Source of the DNA: Octopus sinensis
Taxonomy: Eukaryota
Reading direction: 5' to 3'
Assembly (NCBI RefSeq): GCF_006345805.1
Contig: NW_021824378.1
Coordinates: 1 to 18,999 of the forward strand
Length of the DNA: 18,999 nucleotides
In this document: piece by piece, positions 1-9,850 of the stretch
How positions within the stretch are numbered: the first letter of the stretch is position 1
Layout of the letters: every line of letters begins with the position of its first letter
Made by a program: the position numbers and the translations under genes
The notes under the pieces: model-generated
Databases searched by the model: none
Told to the model about the DNA's origin: nothing
Seen by the model: the letters and a program-made list of their open reading frames with translations, nothing else

Positions 1-59
1 CCATCCCATTTTATTTATTTTAGATATGTCTCGAACTACACTATCCAATGTAATCTTTC

Positions 60-140
60 TGTTTTTGAGATAGCATGGCATGTAATGAAGAAGATTTGTG
101 TGCCATTTCTAGCAGGTTGAGCTACTACACAGGAGATCCC
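60..140. repeat. Old unclassified interspersed repeat (family D), core motif GATTTG-(G)CTGCTATTTCTAGCAGG
   Basis: GATTTGTGTGCCATTTCTAGCAGGTTGAG here matches, as reverse complement, GCTAAAAATAGCAGCCAAAG (~4273) and GCTAGAAATAGCAGCCACAATC (~10139). Further degenerate copies near 1290 and 17575. Confidence 0.5.
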
Positions 141-167
141 TATCAGTTTTTAGGTATTTATTTACTT

Positions 168-402
168 TCTTTCACTCTTTTACTTGTTTCAGTCATTTGA
201 CTGTGGCCATGCTGGAGCACCGCCTTTAGTCGAGAAAATCGATCCCAGGACTTATTCTTTGTAAGCCTAGTACTTATTCTATCGGTCTCTTTTGCCGAAC
301 AGCTAAGTTACGAGGACGTAAACACCACCAGCATCGGTTGTCAAGCGATGTTGTGGGGACAAACACAGACACACAAACATACATATATATAGTATAATAT
401 AT

Positions 403-447
<45 letters not shown>

Positions 448-520
448 CATATATACGACGGGCTTCTTTCAGTTTCCATCTACCAAATCCACTCAGAAGG
501 TTTTTCGGTCGGCCCGACAC
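168..520 (-). mobile_element. tRNA-derived SINE family A (CORE-SINE/octopus OR-like), head truncated, central (TA)n
   Basis: Colinear with copies at 14698-15076 and 16243-16727: TTTTACTTGTTTCAGTCATTTGACTGTGGCCATGCTGGAGCACCGCC...GGACTTATTCTTTGTAAGCCTAGTACTTATTCTATCGG...(TA)n...CGACGGGCTTCTTTCAGTTTCC. Confidence 0.85.
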
Positions 521-679
521 TATTTATTATTTTTGTAATGTTATTTATGATATTCATGTTGTCATCATTATTGCTGTTAATGATTAAACTTCGGTCGGCA
601 CTGATCGATCTTTCATAAAGTCAAAGAAAACTTAGCAGTGACCAGCCCCACCTTTTGAAATATGGTATATATTCAGTAC

Positions 680-882
680 AAAGCTAGCAATTTTAGGAGA
701 AGGAGTAAGTCTATTCCATTACATCGACCCGAATGAGTAACTGGTACTATATTTCATCAACCTTAAAAGGATGAAAGGCAAAGTCAACCTCAGTGACATT
801 TGAATTCAGAATACAAAGACGGAAGAAATGCTGCTATGCATCTTGTCCGGCATGGTCATGATTCTGCGAGCTCGTCGTCTTT
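680..882 (-). mobile_element. SINE family B, diverged copy
   Basis: ACTGGTACT...AAAGGATGAAAGGCAAAGTCAACCTC...ATTTGAATTCAGAA...GAGCTCGTCGTCTT aligns by eye to the copy at 6678-6910. Confidence 0.75.
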
Positions 883-920
883 GTTCGGGCATAGGATATC
901 TAGGACTACACTATTTGCGT

Positions 921-1237
921 TTATCTTATCTTTTACTTGTTTCAGTCATTAAAATACGGCCATGCTGGGGCACTGCTTACAAGAATTTTTAATCGAATGA
1001 CTCGACCCTCAATACTTAAGGCCTGGTATTTACTCCGGTATATATATATATACATATAAAAATGTGTGGGGAGGATGTATACGACGGCCATTTTTCAGTT
1101 TCTGTCTACCAAATCCATTCACAAGGCTTTGGTCAGCCTGAGGCTATAGAAGAAGGCACTTGCTCAAAGTGCCACGCAGTGGGTCTGAACCTAGAACCAT
1201 GTGGTTGGTAAGCAAGCAAGCTTCTTACTACACAGCC
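921..1237 (-). mobile_element. SINE family A, internally deleted copy with tRNA-like head
   Basis: Tail TTTTACTTGTTTCAGTCATT. Head on the minus strand reads GGCTGTGTAGTAAG (A-box-like)...GGTTCAGACCC (B-box-like), followed by CORE-like GGCACTTTGAGCAAGTGCCTT. Confidence 0.8.
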
Positions 1238-2064
1238 TAATGTGTTTTTGCTAATTCTTTTCCTTAAACACTTTTGGATGTTATTAAGAGTGAGCTGGCT
1301 ATTATTTCTAGTCGATCGAGGTTCACTTATTGGTCTACTGATGTTGATCTTGATTGTGTTATCGTCATCGTCGTCGTCGTCATCTTCAATGTTCGTTTCG
1401 TTGTTATTGAAAATTAGTATTATCCGTAGACAATGACAATTATGAGATTTTCTGAACATCTCCACCACCAGTCCGGTCATCACTTAAATCTGAGATAGCT
1501 TAATCGCTTTCCGTTCACATAATCCTATTTTGTGGAGATAATCCTATTTCGCTTCTCTCCTTACCTCCCTTTCTCTATTTCTCTCTCTTTCTCTCCCTCT
1601 ACTTTTTAAAAAAAAATCTCTCTCATTGGAACATAAATTATGTAAATAGCGCTTAATAAATGAATAAATAAATGAATAATATGAAAAAAATAAGGTAATC
1701 AATAATTCATTTACCTCTTAAGAGAAGGTGGCAAACCGGTGAGGGTGGGGAATGGGTGGAGGGTGTGGAACGGATAGAAGGGTAGCGTGACGGGCTAAAT
1801 GCTTTACAAAGCCTTAGTTACGACTGTACGAGATTGGCTCTGCTTTTCATTCGTCTAAAAATTGAGGAAATTAAGAGTTCTCCACGTCAAGCGTTCAAAT
1901 CTGTTATTGGTTAATATTGGGTACATTCACTCAAGTCCGATATAACATGTACCAGTCATATACTTGGGTAGTTGATTTACTTGATAGTATACACTCATTA
2001 TGGCCTTAAATATATTTTTTTAATATAATTTTATCACAGTTCAATGGCATTTCTTACGCCTTAA

Positions 2065-2214
2065 ACTTTCTGCGTTCAAATTCCACCTGAGTCGACATTT
2101 CTTTTCGTCCTTTCGGGGTCGATAAAATAGGTACCAGTTGAGCACAGGGATCATTTAATCAACCTTATCCCCCTCCCCCGAAATTACTGGCGTTGTGCCA
2201 AAATTTGAAACCAA
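2065..2214 (+). mobile_element. SINE family B, 5'-truncated
   Basis: GTTCAAATTCC (B-box-like), then CCTTTCGGGGTCGATAAAATAGGTACCAG and tail GAAATTACTGGCGTTGTGCCAAAATTTGAAACCA. Confidence 0.8.
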
Positions 2215-2235
2215 TTCTATCCCATTTGATAGCCA

Positions 2236-2493
2236 AGGCTGTGTAGTTAAGAAGATTGCTTTTCGGGTTCAGTTCCAAGCGCGGCACCTTGGGCAAGTTA
2301 CTTCTGCTATGGTCCCGGACTGACTAATGCCTTCGGAAGTGAATTCAGCAGAGGAAAACTGTGGAAATGCGTCGTGTGTATGTGTGTTTTATCGCCCACG
2401 GTTGCTCGACAACCAGTGTTGGTTTATTTATAAATTAGTGGTTCGGCAAAAAAGACCGATAGAATAAGTACCTAGCTTAAAAATAAGCACTGG
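2236..2493 (+). mobile_element. SINE family A, diverged
   Basis: GGCTGTGTAGTTAAG...CGGGTTCAGTTCC...GGCACCTTGGGCAAGTTACTT (MIR/CORE-like motif)...GGTTCGGCAAAAAAGACCGATAGAATAAGTACC. Confidence 0.8.
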
Positions 2494-2501
2494 GCTCCAT
2501 T

Positions 2502-2576
2502 GCATCCTTTCGGGGTCAATAAATTAAGTACCAGTTGCGTACTGGGGGTCGATCTAATCGACTGGCCCCCTCCTCC
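2502..2576 (+). mobile_element. SINE family B central-domain fragment
   Basis: CATCCTTTCGGGGTCAATAAATTAAGTACCAGTTGCGTACTGGGGGTCGATCTAATCGACTGG is the reverse complement of the core at 6750-6805. Confidence 0.8.
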
Positions 2577-3462
2577 ATCAATATTAACCGAGATAAATGA
2601 AAAGGGTCCATTTGCTGACAGTTGTGTCTGCCAAAAAATTCTAGCAGTGAGGTGATAATTCATTGCTCTCTTTTAATTGAAATGTATTTAATTTTCTTTT
2701 TAATTGATAGGAAAGGGACACTAGAAACACTTAAGACGTCTATAAGTGAATATAATGAAACAACAATTTAGCAAAACTCAACACTTCATATTGATTAATG
2801 TAATTCATTAATTCCCATCAAAACATCTATTTTCAAATTCATTCAAGTGAAGATTCATGAACATTTTTCCCTTGACAGTCTCATCTCTTTTCCAATTTTC
2901 ATTATCGTCTTTTTTAAATGTATCACGGATTATTTTACTGATTACAGAATAAGCTATAACAAAGTCTTTGTTCAATTTATGAGCATATTGTCAATTTACT
3001 CTGTCATTCAACCACTTATTCATAAGTCCGCCATTTCGTCAATCGCAGCAGCTTTCAAGCTTCACCACTAGTTCAGTTCTCAACTAAATTACAAACTATT
3101 CACAGTTTTAAAGAGGATACCTCTTCGCTACACTTTGGCATAAATAATTTGAGATTTGGTTCAGTAGAAAAAACGTTACATCAAAATATCTGCGACCTCA
3201 AGGGGGGCAGTAAGGCACCTATTCACCTTAAATTAACATAAACTTTTAATCTTAAAATAAAAGTATACTTTTCTTAAACTTAAATGATAGAAAAATGTAT
3301 GAGGAATTCAGTGCCGTTAGTCGCATTGAACAAAAATTAGTAGAAGAAAAGTTATGGGGTGAAATACCACGAAATTTCGTGTAAGTAAGAGAGTAAGGAA
3401 GTAACGCTTATCAATAAGAATATTAATAAAGATTATATTGCTAAAATGAATGCTTACGCAGT

Positions 3463-3578
3463 AAGGCGACTAACTGGCAGAAACGTTTGCGCGTCGGAGG
3501 GCAATGCTTAACTGTGTCTACGTTTTGAGTTCAAATTCCGCCGAGATCAACTTTGCTTTTTATCCATTTCGGGTCTAT
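3463..3578 (+). mobile_element. SINE family B head fragment
   Basis: AAGGCGACTAACTGGCAGAAACGTT...GAGTTCAAATTCCGCCGAGATCAACTTTGCTTTTTATCC. Confidence 0.75.
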
Positions 3579-3702
3579 TCAATTTGACGTACAGATTATT
3601 TAATTAATTTTTTAAACTAAACACTTTGAAACTTCCGATACTGCAGGATTTACTCTTAACGTTTTTGACAGAATTTTGTATTTTAGAAGTTATTTCGTCA
3701 GT

Positions 3703-4009
<307 letters not shown>

Positions 4010-4016
<7 letters not shown>

Positions 4017-4108
4017 TTGTACCCCCATCCCCTGACAACCGGTATAGGTATGTCCCCGTAACTTAGCGCTTCGGCAAAAGAGGCCAATAGAATACCAGTT
4101 AATACTAG
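4010..4108 (+). mobile_element. SINE family A 3' part
   Basis: GTTTGTACCCCC...TGACAACCGG...GTCCCCGTAACTTAGCGCTTCGGCAAAAGAGGCCAATAGAATA. Confidence 0.75.
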
Positions 4109-4317
4109 ACAAATTCGTGTTTGATAATTGCCAATACACGAAACTTTCAGGTTTTGACTTACTCTCTAACTTCTGTCGATGATATATATGCATATTATAC
4201 ATGTATATGTAAAAAAAAGTCTCATCATGCAATCAAATGAAGGAGCCTCTACATGGTCTGGTCGCTCGAAACGCTAAAAATAGCAGCCAAAGTATCTCCC
4301 TACCCATTATTTCATAA

Positions 4318-4727
4318 GATTATAAACCTGGAAAAGTGCAGGACAAGTTATTACAAACTATTACTTCAAGTAAAGTGAAAAGTAAGAACTTTTTACTGAA
4401 AATATTGCAGCTAAAATTAAAATTTGAATATTAAAACTTATTCTATTATAGTTTACAAATAACAATCTACTGATTTAAGTAGAATTTGGCTAATTTACTA
4501 CCTTAAATACAGAAAACAGTGACTAATTAGACAAACTTATAAATTAGCTGAACAGTTTTGTACAATAAATTTAAAAGATGAGAACTGTAAAGAGTGATAA
4601 ATTAGAAGAACTGGTATTCTTTGCTGCAATATTTTGAGTAAAAAAGTTTATTATTCTTTACTTTACTAAAAGTAATAGTTTGTCCTATACTTTTAAAGGT
4701 GTTAATAACTTGTCCAGGTTTATAATC
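4318..4727. mobile_element. Element with ~100-bp imperfect inverted repeats (MITE-like; TTAA on the right, ATAA on the left)
   Basis: GATTATAAACCTGGA...AAAATATTGCAGC (4318-4411) is the reverse complement of GCTGCAATATTTT...TCCAGGTTTATAATC (4623-4727). TTAA at 4728-4731, ATAA at 4314-4317. Confidence 0.75.
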
Positions 4728-4800
4728 TTAAGAATATTACTTTTCATGCTCGCATTTTTCCATGTAATATAATATCAATATGCCCAACACATATGCCAGC

Positions 4801-4833
4801 AGAAAACCGCCCGGAGGGTTGTTTTTCTACTAG
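4801..4833 (+). mobile_element. Helitron-like 3' terminus (hairpin + CTAG|T)
   Basis: AGAAAACCGCCC-GGA-GGGTTGTTTTTCT imperfect stem-loop followed by CTAG (4830-4833) and T, the canonical Helitron 3' signature. Confidence 0.5.
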
Positions 4834-4871
4834 TACGCATAATCACTGACAGCAGTAACGTCAGACTCGTC

Positions 4872-5235
4872 TGGAGCAGGTCTGCCTATATTATTAAAGA
4901 GATAAAAGTTGTTGACCGGAATACCTTCCGAAAGTAATGCCTCCGTGAAAATCGAAGAAATGTTGATAAAGTACAAATAGTTGGAGACCGAAATTAACTG
5001 AATGTGGAATATGAAGATGGAAATAATACTTATAATCATCAGATGTCTGGGGCATCGGATGAAGAAAGGCACGAAAACGTTCACCAATCGTATCCTGTGC
5101 ACTATCAGTCTCCATGTAATCCAGAAGATCGCACTATCAAACAAGCGATATCTTCCTTTATAGCACGTCAAGTCCATAGTTTGGACACGGCTTTACAGCA
5201 TCAAAAACTCAGAGCAAAATGGAACGATAAGACTA
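4872..5235 (+). pseudogene. Decayed 3' end of an RLE-encoding non-LTR retrotransposon (R4/Dong-like)
   Basis: Frame from 4918 reads GIPSESNASVKIEEMLIKYK*LETEIN*MWNMKMEIILIIIRCLGHRMKKGTKTFTNRILCTISLHVIQKIALS. This matches the R4/Dong RLE C-terminal pattern P..N...KE.EK..KY.DL..EI.RMW......P.IIGALG...IQK.AL. It has two in-frame stops and is not the frame given in the ORF track. Confidence 0.8.
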
Positions 5236-5242
5236 ATGAGAA

Positions 5243-5264
5243 TGACGACGACGACGACAAAGGC

Positions 5265-5301
<37 letters not shown>

Positions 5302-5359
5302 GTGATGGTGATGGTGATGATGATGATGATGATGATGATGGTGATGGTGATGGTGATGG

Positions 5360-5392
<33 letters not shown>

Positions 5393-5595
5393 GATGATGA
5401 TGATGATGATGATGATGATGGTGATGGTGATGGTGATGATGATGGTGATGGTGATGATGATGATGATGATGATGATGATGACGATGACGATGGTGATGGT
5501 GATGGTGATGGTGATGATGATGATGATGGTGATGATGATGGTGATGGTGATGGTGATGATGATGATGATGATGATGATGGTGATGGTGATGGTGA

Positions 5596-5626
<31 letters not shown>

Positions 5627-5755
5627 AGATGATGATGATGATGATGATGATGATGGTGATGGTGATGGTGATGATGATGGTGATGGTGATGATGATGATG
5701 GTGATGTTGATGATGATGGTGATGGTGATGGTGATGGTGATGATGATGATGATGA

Positions 5756-5787
<32 letters not shown>

Positions 5788-5808
5788 GGGTGATGGTGAT
5801 GGTGATGG

Positions 5809-5843
<35 letters not shown>

Positions 5844-5904
5844 GTGATGGTGATGGTGATGGTGATGATGATGATGATGATGATGATGATGGTGATGACG
5901 ATGG

Positions 5905-5942
<38 letters not shown>

Positions 5943-5957
5943 GTGATGGTGATGGTG

Positions 5958-5995
<38 letters not shown>
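5243..5995. repeat. ~750-bp (GAT)n/(GGTGAT)n trinucleotide array
   Basis: Seen directly. Starts as (GAC)n, then GAT interleaved with GGT blocks and occasional single-base phase shifts. Confidence 0.97.
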
Positions 5996-6162
5996 CCTTC
6001 TCCCTATAGGAGATCAACTGGTACTTAATTTTATCGACGACTCCGAAAGGATGAAAGGCAAAGTCGATCTCGGCGGAATTTGAACTCAGAACGTAAGGAC
6101 GAACGAAATGCCGCTAAGCATTTTGTCCGGCTTGCTACTGATTCTTCCAGCCGATCGCCTTA
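5996..6162 (-). mobile_element. SINE family B
   Basis: ACTGGTACTTAATTTTATCGAC...CCGAAAGGATGAAAGGCAAAGTCGATCTCGGCGGAATTTGAACTCAGAACG...CCAGCCGATCGCCTT. Confidence 0.85.
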
Positions 6163-6240
6163 ACAAAAACAACAATAATTTCTTTTATTTGCTATCCGGA
6201 CGAAGGCTGAGGGGCACAATACAAAGACACGGATAATAAT

Positions 6241-6455
6241 CCTTTCTACTATAGGCACAAAACTGAAATTTGTGGGTAAGGGTATAGTCGGTTATATCGA
6301 CCCCATTCTTCGATAGGTACTCTTTTTCATCCGCCCCGAAAGGATAAAATAAATACAAAGTCGACCCCGGCGGAATTTGAACTCAGAGCACAAAGACAGG
6401 CGAAATGCCGCAAAACATTTTGTACGACGCGTCTGTAATTTGGCGGAGAGGCTGT
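6241..6455 (-). mobile_element. SINE family B, diverged
   Basis: CCCCGAAAGGAT...AAAGTCGACCCCGGCGGAATTTGAACTCAGAG...GAAATGCCGCAAAACATTTTGT. Confidence 0.75.
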
Positions 6456-6493
6456 ACCACCTTTGTATTAATAGTCTTGTTAACAAGATTATA

Positions 6494-6910
6494 TATTTCT
6501 TTATTGCCCACAAGGGGCTAAACATAGAGGGGACAAACAAGGACAGACAAAGGGATTAAGTCGATTACAACGACCCCAGTGCGAAACTGGTACTTTATTT
6601 ATCGACCCCGAAAGGATGAAGGGCAAAGTCAACCTCGGCGGAATTTGAACTCAGAACATAGCGGCAGACGAAATACCTATTTCTTTACTACCCACTAGGG
6701 GCTAAACACAGAGGGGACAAACAAGGACAGACAAAGGGATTAAGTCGATTACAACGACCCCAGAGCGAAACTGGTACTTAATTTATCGACCCCGAAAGGA
6801 TGAAAGGCAAAGTCAACCTCGGCGGAATTTGAACTCAGAACGTAGCGGCAGACGAAATACGGCTACGCATTTCACCCGACGTGCTAACGATTCTTCCAGC
6901 TCGCCGCCTT
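6494..6910 (-). mobile_element. Dimeric/tandem SINE family B: full monomer 6678-6910 plus head-less 184-bp monomer 6494-6677
   Basis: Near-identical direct repeat with 184-bp period. The minus strand reads AAGGCGGCGAGCTGGAAGAATCGTTAGC...GAGTTCAAATTCCGCCGAGG (B-box), then GCCTTTCATCCTTTCGGGGTCGATAAATTAAGTACCAG. Confidence 0.9.
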
Positions 6911-6951
6911 ATGTTAACGACATTATAGTAATGCATTGACTGACAAATACT

Positions 6952-7021
6952 ACAGAGTTTCGAGTGAAACGGTCGGAATTACAATCTCGTTCCGATCGAC
7001 GTTTTCATTCAGAATTTATGT
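6952..7021. other. ~70-nt imperfect hairpin in non-repeat sequence (pre-miRNA-like)
   Basis: ACAGAGTTTC-GAGTGAAA-CGGTCGGAA / loop TTACAATCTCG / TTCCGATCG-acgt-TTTCATTC-AGAATTTATGT, paired by eye using G-U pairs. Confidence 0.3.
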
Positions 7022-7271
7022 TTTAGATATAAGGATGGAAATACAACAGTAAATAAATAAATAAAGAGATAAATAAGCAAAATCTGGTTACATTCTGTTT
7101 AGTCATATGTCTACAAATGCACTGAAAACTCTTACGGCTTTTGTTACGTCTCATACACATGAACAGAAAAAGCTTATGATTGTACATACACATTAAAGAG
7201 AATTTAAAATTCACTTTCACTTCATTTCGTTTCGAACATACGCCCTCGTTTGTATAAATATGCCAGTAAAT

Positions 7272-7321
7272 TTATATATGCATATGTATATATATACATA
7301 TATACAATGTACTATATATAT

Positions 7322-7366
<45 letters not shown>

Positions 7367-7476
7367 ACGTGTCTGTGTGTGTTGAACGTGTCAGTATGTA
7401 ATACAATAACGAAATACCATGACTGGCTGGTTGGCAACTTGTAGAACAGGACATAGTATATGAAGGCATGTATGCA

Positions 7477-7539
<63 letters not shown>

Positions 7540-7743
7540 ATATCAATCTACCTGTCTATCTGGCTGTCTGTCTGTCTGTCTGTCTATATACATGTATGCA
7601 TATATGTATGTATGTACGTATATATATATATATATATAATATATATATATATTATATATATATATATATACATACATACATACATACATACATACATAAA
7701 TACATACATACATACATCATACATACATACATACATACATACA

Positions 7744-7772
<29 letters not shown>
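7272..7772. repeat. Microsatellite cluster (TA)n, (TATC)n, (TGTC)n, (CATA)n
   Basis: Seen directly. A short non-repetitive spacer lies at about 7385-7465. Confidence 0.95.
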
Positions 7773-7774
<2 letters not shown>

Positions 7775-8099
7775 TAGTGTTGGTATGTAATTTATGCACT
7801 TACACATGTAATTCTTCGCCAATCAGGTTTCGTTTCTTCCCAACTGTGAAGAACGATTTGCCTGTATTATATAGCGAGGCTGGAATGATGCTGTCCATTA
7901 TCCATCATGCGAGCATCAGTTACACCTTATTACACCTCGTTTTAGTTCCATGCACATAATCCCTTGCAGCATCCTTTTTGTGGCATAATCACGTCTTAAG
8001 TTTTCACGCTGATGAACTCAAATAACAAATCTTTTGGATGAATTGAGGGCCAACTCAGTTCAAATTAAAATTTCATGGTTTTTACAAGGACTGTAAGAA

Positions 8100-9360
8100 A
8101 GGGCAACGTGGGAGCTGAAAGGAACTATTGACCCGAAGATGCTGGTAAATGTAAAGGAATCGATCATATCGTTCAGCTATTTTAGAAAATTGAAGTAGCG
8201 CCAGGTCAACTATGGTCTGATACAGCCACTAGCAATCTGCGATATGTGTGACTTTCTGAATGGCACGTCTGCGAAAAGTTGCCAAAACGTTTTTAGTAGT
8301 GCAGCCCACCTAATGATGATTCGTGTCTCATGCTGCACGCTTTTCGGAGAATGTTACCCTTTCATGGCCTGATCTGACAAAAAGTTCTGATTGTCGAGCT
8401 GAAGGCGGTGCGTTGAGAAGGAATTATGACAAGGAGTACATGAAAGGGAAGGCGTAAAATATGAAAGATTTATGGAATTATGTGAAGTTCGAGGATAGCA
8501 GTGCTTGGTTACGTCTTGTTAATGTGGGATATCGTAGGTCCATTGTTGGACATGCTCTGTTATACATAGCTAGAATTGGTCTGAAGGAAATACAGCAAAA
8601 CATTGACTGGCGAACGGAAGAAGACAGCTAGAGGATCTTTTCGGTTTGAACGGCAGATTTTAACATAATTTCGAGGTAACTAAAAAATGTTAAACTTCGT
8701 ATACTGGTAGAATGTGTTTATAAAACATCTTTTTCTCTTGGCTTTATTGAGAAAATTCTATAGTTTGTAAGATATTTGTTGTTGTTTTTCTTCAATATCT
8801 ACAATTTCAACCAATCAGTGACGTCTATTGAGTTAAAAAGCATTCTGTGCCGTATGAATATGTCCCTCGTTTAAGAAACAGATTGGGTTTATTTACATTT
8901 CTGAAGAAAAAAAAAGATATCCTTCTCCCACCCCTAACCCTAACCCTAAAAGAGATTGAAATGCAATAGATCGATTCTAGGGTCATAATTATGGGTGACA
9001 ATTTCATACGACACCGCTAGAAAAAACTGCCGTTCACACCGAAATGATCCCAGCTAGAAATGTTTCATAGTGAAAATGGCAGAGGCATGTTTGAGAATAC
9101 AGAAAATTGAGAGCTAAGAATGTATCCTCAACATATAGTAAATCTAAATAGTTGTGTGTGATAGAAGAGGTTATAGTTGCACCTGTTGGATAACAGAGGA
9201 TATGAGAGGCAAAAAGAGTACAGGGGTGTAGCCAAGAGGACGGAGACATTCTCGAGTGGCATCAGTGCTAACTGGTGAAACTGGAGGGAGTAAAATTGAA
9301 AGGTACGAAAGATGTGATTTGCAATCGAGGGAGCCTCCAACAGTGCAAATTGAGTGCAAA
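8100..9360 (-). pseudogene. Possible highly decayed APE-endonuclease region of a CR1/L2/Jockey-group LINE, interrupted by the MITE at 8633-9050
   Basis: Minus-strand snippets ...LRPLGYTP..., and, after removing the MITE and one TSD copy, HFHYETFLAVFFRSPVN (YRSP-like motif). IVDLAL lies further downstream. Many stops and frameshifts; weak. Confidence 0.3.
8633..9050. mobile_element. 418-bp non-autonomous DNA transposon (MITE), GG termini, 8-bp TSD, Merlin-like
   Basis: TIRs GGATCTTTTCGGTTTGAACGGCAG / CTGCCGTTCACACCGAAATGATCC (22 of 24 match). Perfect TSD CAGCTAGA at 8625-8632 and 9051-9058. Internal (CCCTAA)3 at 8932-8949. Confidence 0.9.
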
Positions 9361-9380
9361 ATATATTTTTTTATTTCAGA

Positions 9381-9850
9381 GTGTATGTATGAATGAATAC
9401 ATGTATAAATGTATGTATGTATGTATGTATGTATGTATGTATGTATGTATGTATGTATGTATGTATGTATGTATGTATGTATGTATGCATGCATGTATGT
9501 ATGTATGTTTGTATGTATGCATGCATGTATGTATGTTTGTATGTATGCTTGTATGTATGTCAATGTATGTATGTTTGTATGTATGTATGTATGTATGTAC
9601 GTACGTACGTACGTATGTATGTATGTATGTATGTATGTATGTATGTATGTATGTATGTATGTATGTATGCATGTATGTTTGTATGTCAATGTATGTATGT
9701 ATGTATGAATGCATGTACGTATGTCTGTATGTTCGTTTGTGTGTATGTCAATGTAAGTATGTTTGTTTGTATGTATGTATGTATGTATGTATGTATGTAT
9801 GTATGTATGTATGTATGTATGTATGTATATATGCTTCCATGTATGTATGA
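9381..9850. repeat. ~470-bp (TATG)n array with TGCA/TACG/TTTG variants
   Basis: Seen directly. Confidence 0.97.

Noticed and set aside
1133-1490. 116-aa minus ORF with poly-Asp and a short DLSDDRTGGGDVQKIS* frame
   Set aside because: The ORF spans a SINE head and a small GAC repeat, and there is no polypyrimidine tract for the short frame.
2711-2771. Possible exon after TTTTCTTTTTAATTGATAG (KGTLETLKTSISEYNETTI*)
   Set aside because: Acceptor-like sites are common in AT-rich DNA; no recognisable protein or partner exon.
2940-3420. Possible Tc1/mariner remnant (minus-strand SLKAAAIDEMAD, LNKDFVI snippets and MITE-like interior)
   Set aside because: Too short and degenerate, with no TIR or TA duplication identified; needs a profile search.
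4801-4830. Rho-independent terminator
   Set aside because: Eukaryotic repeat context; the hairpin followed by CTAG fits a Helitron end better.
5004-6083. 359-aa Asp/Met-rich ORF and the antisense poly-His ORF
   Set aside because: Translation of the GAT array. The N-terminus is an off-frame reading of the R4/Dong remnant and the C-terminus runs into a SINE.
6494-6860. 184-bp direct repeat as a CRISPR array or LTR pair
   Set aside because: No spacers or internal region, eukaryotic context, and both units are SINE B sequence found elsewhere in the window.
8932-8949. Telomere or chromosome-fusion relic
   Set aside because: Only three units, and they lie inside a TSD-flanked MITE.
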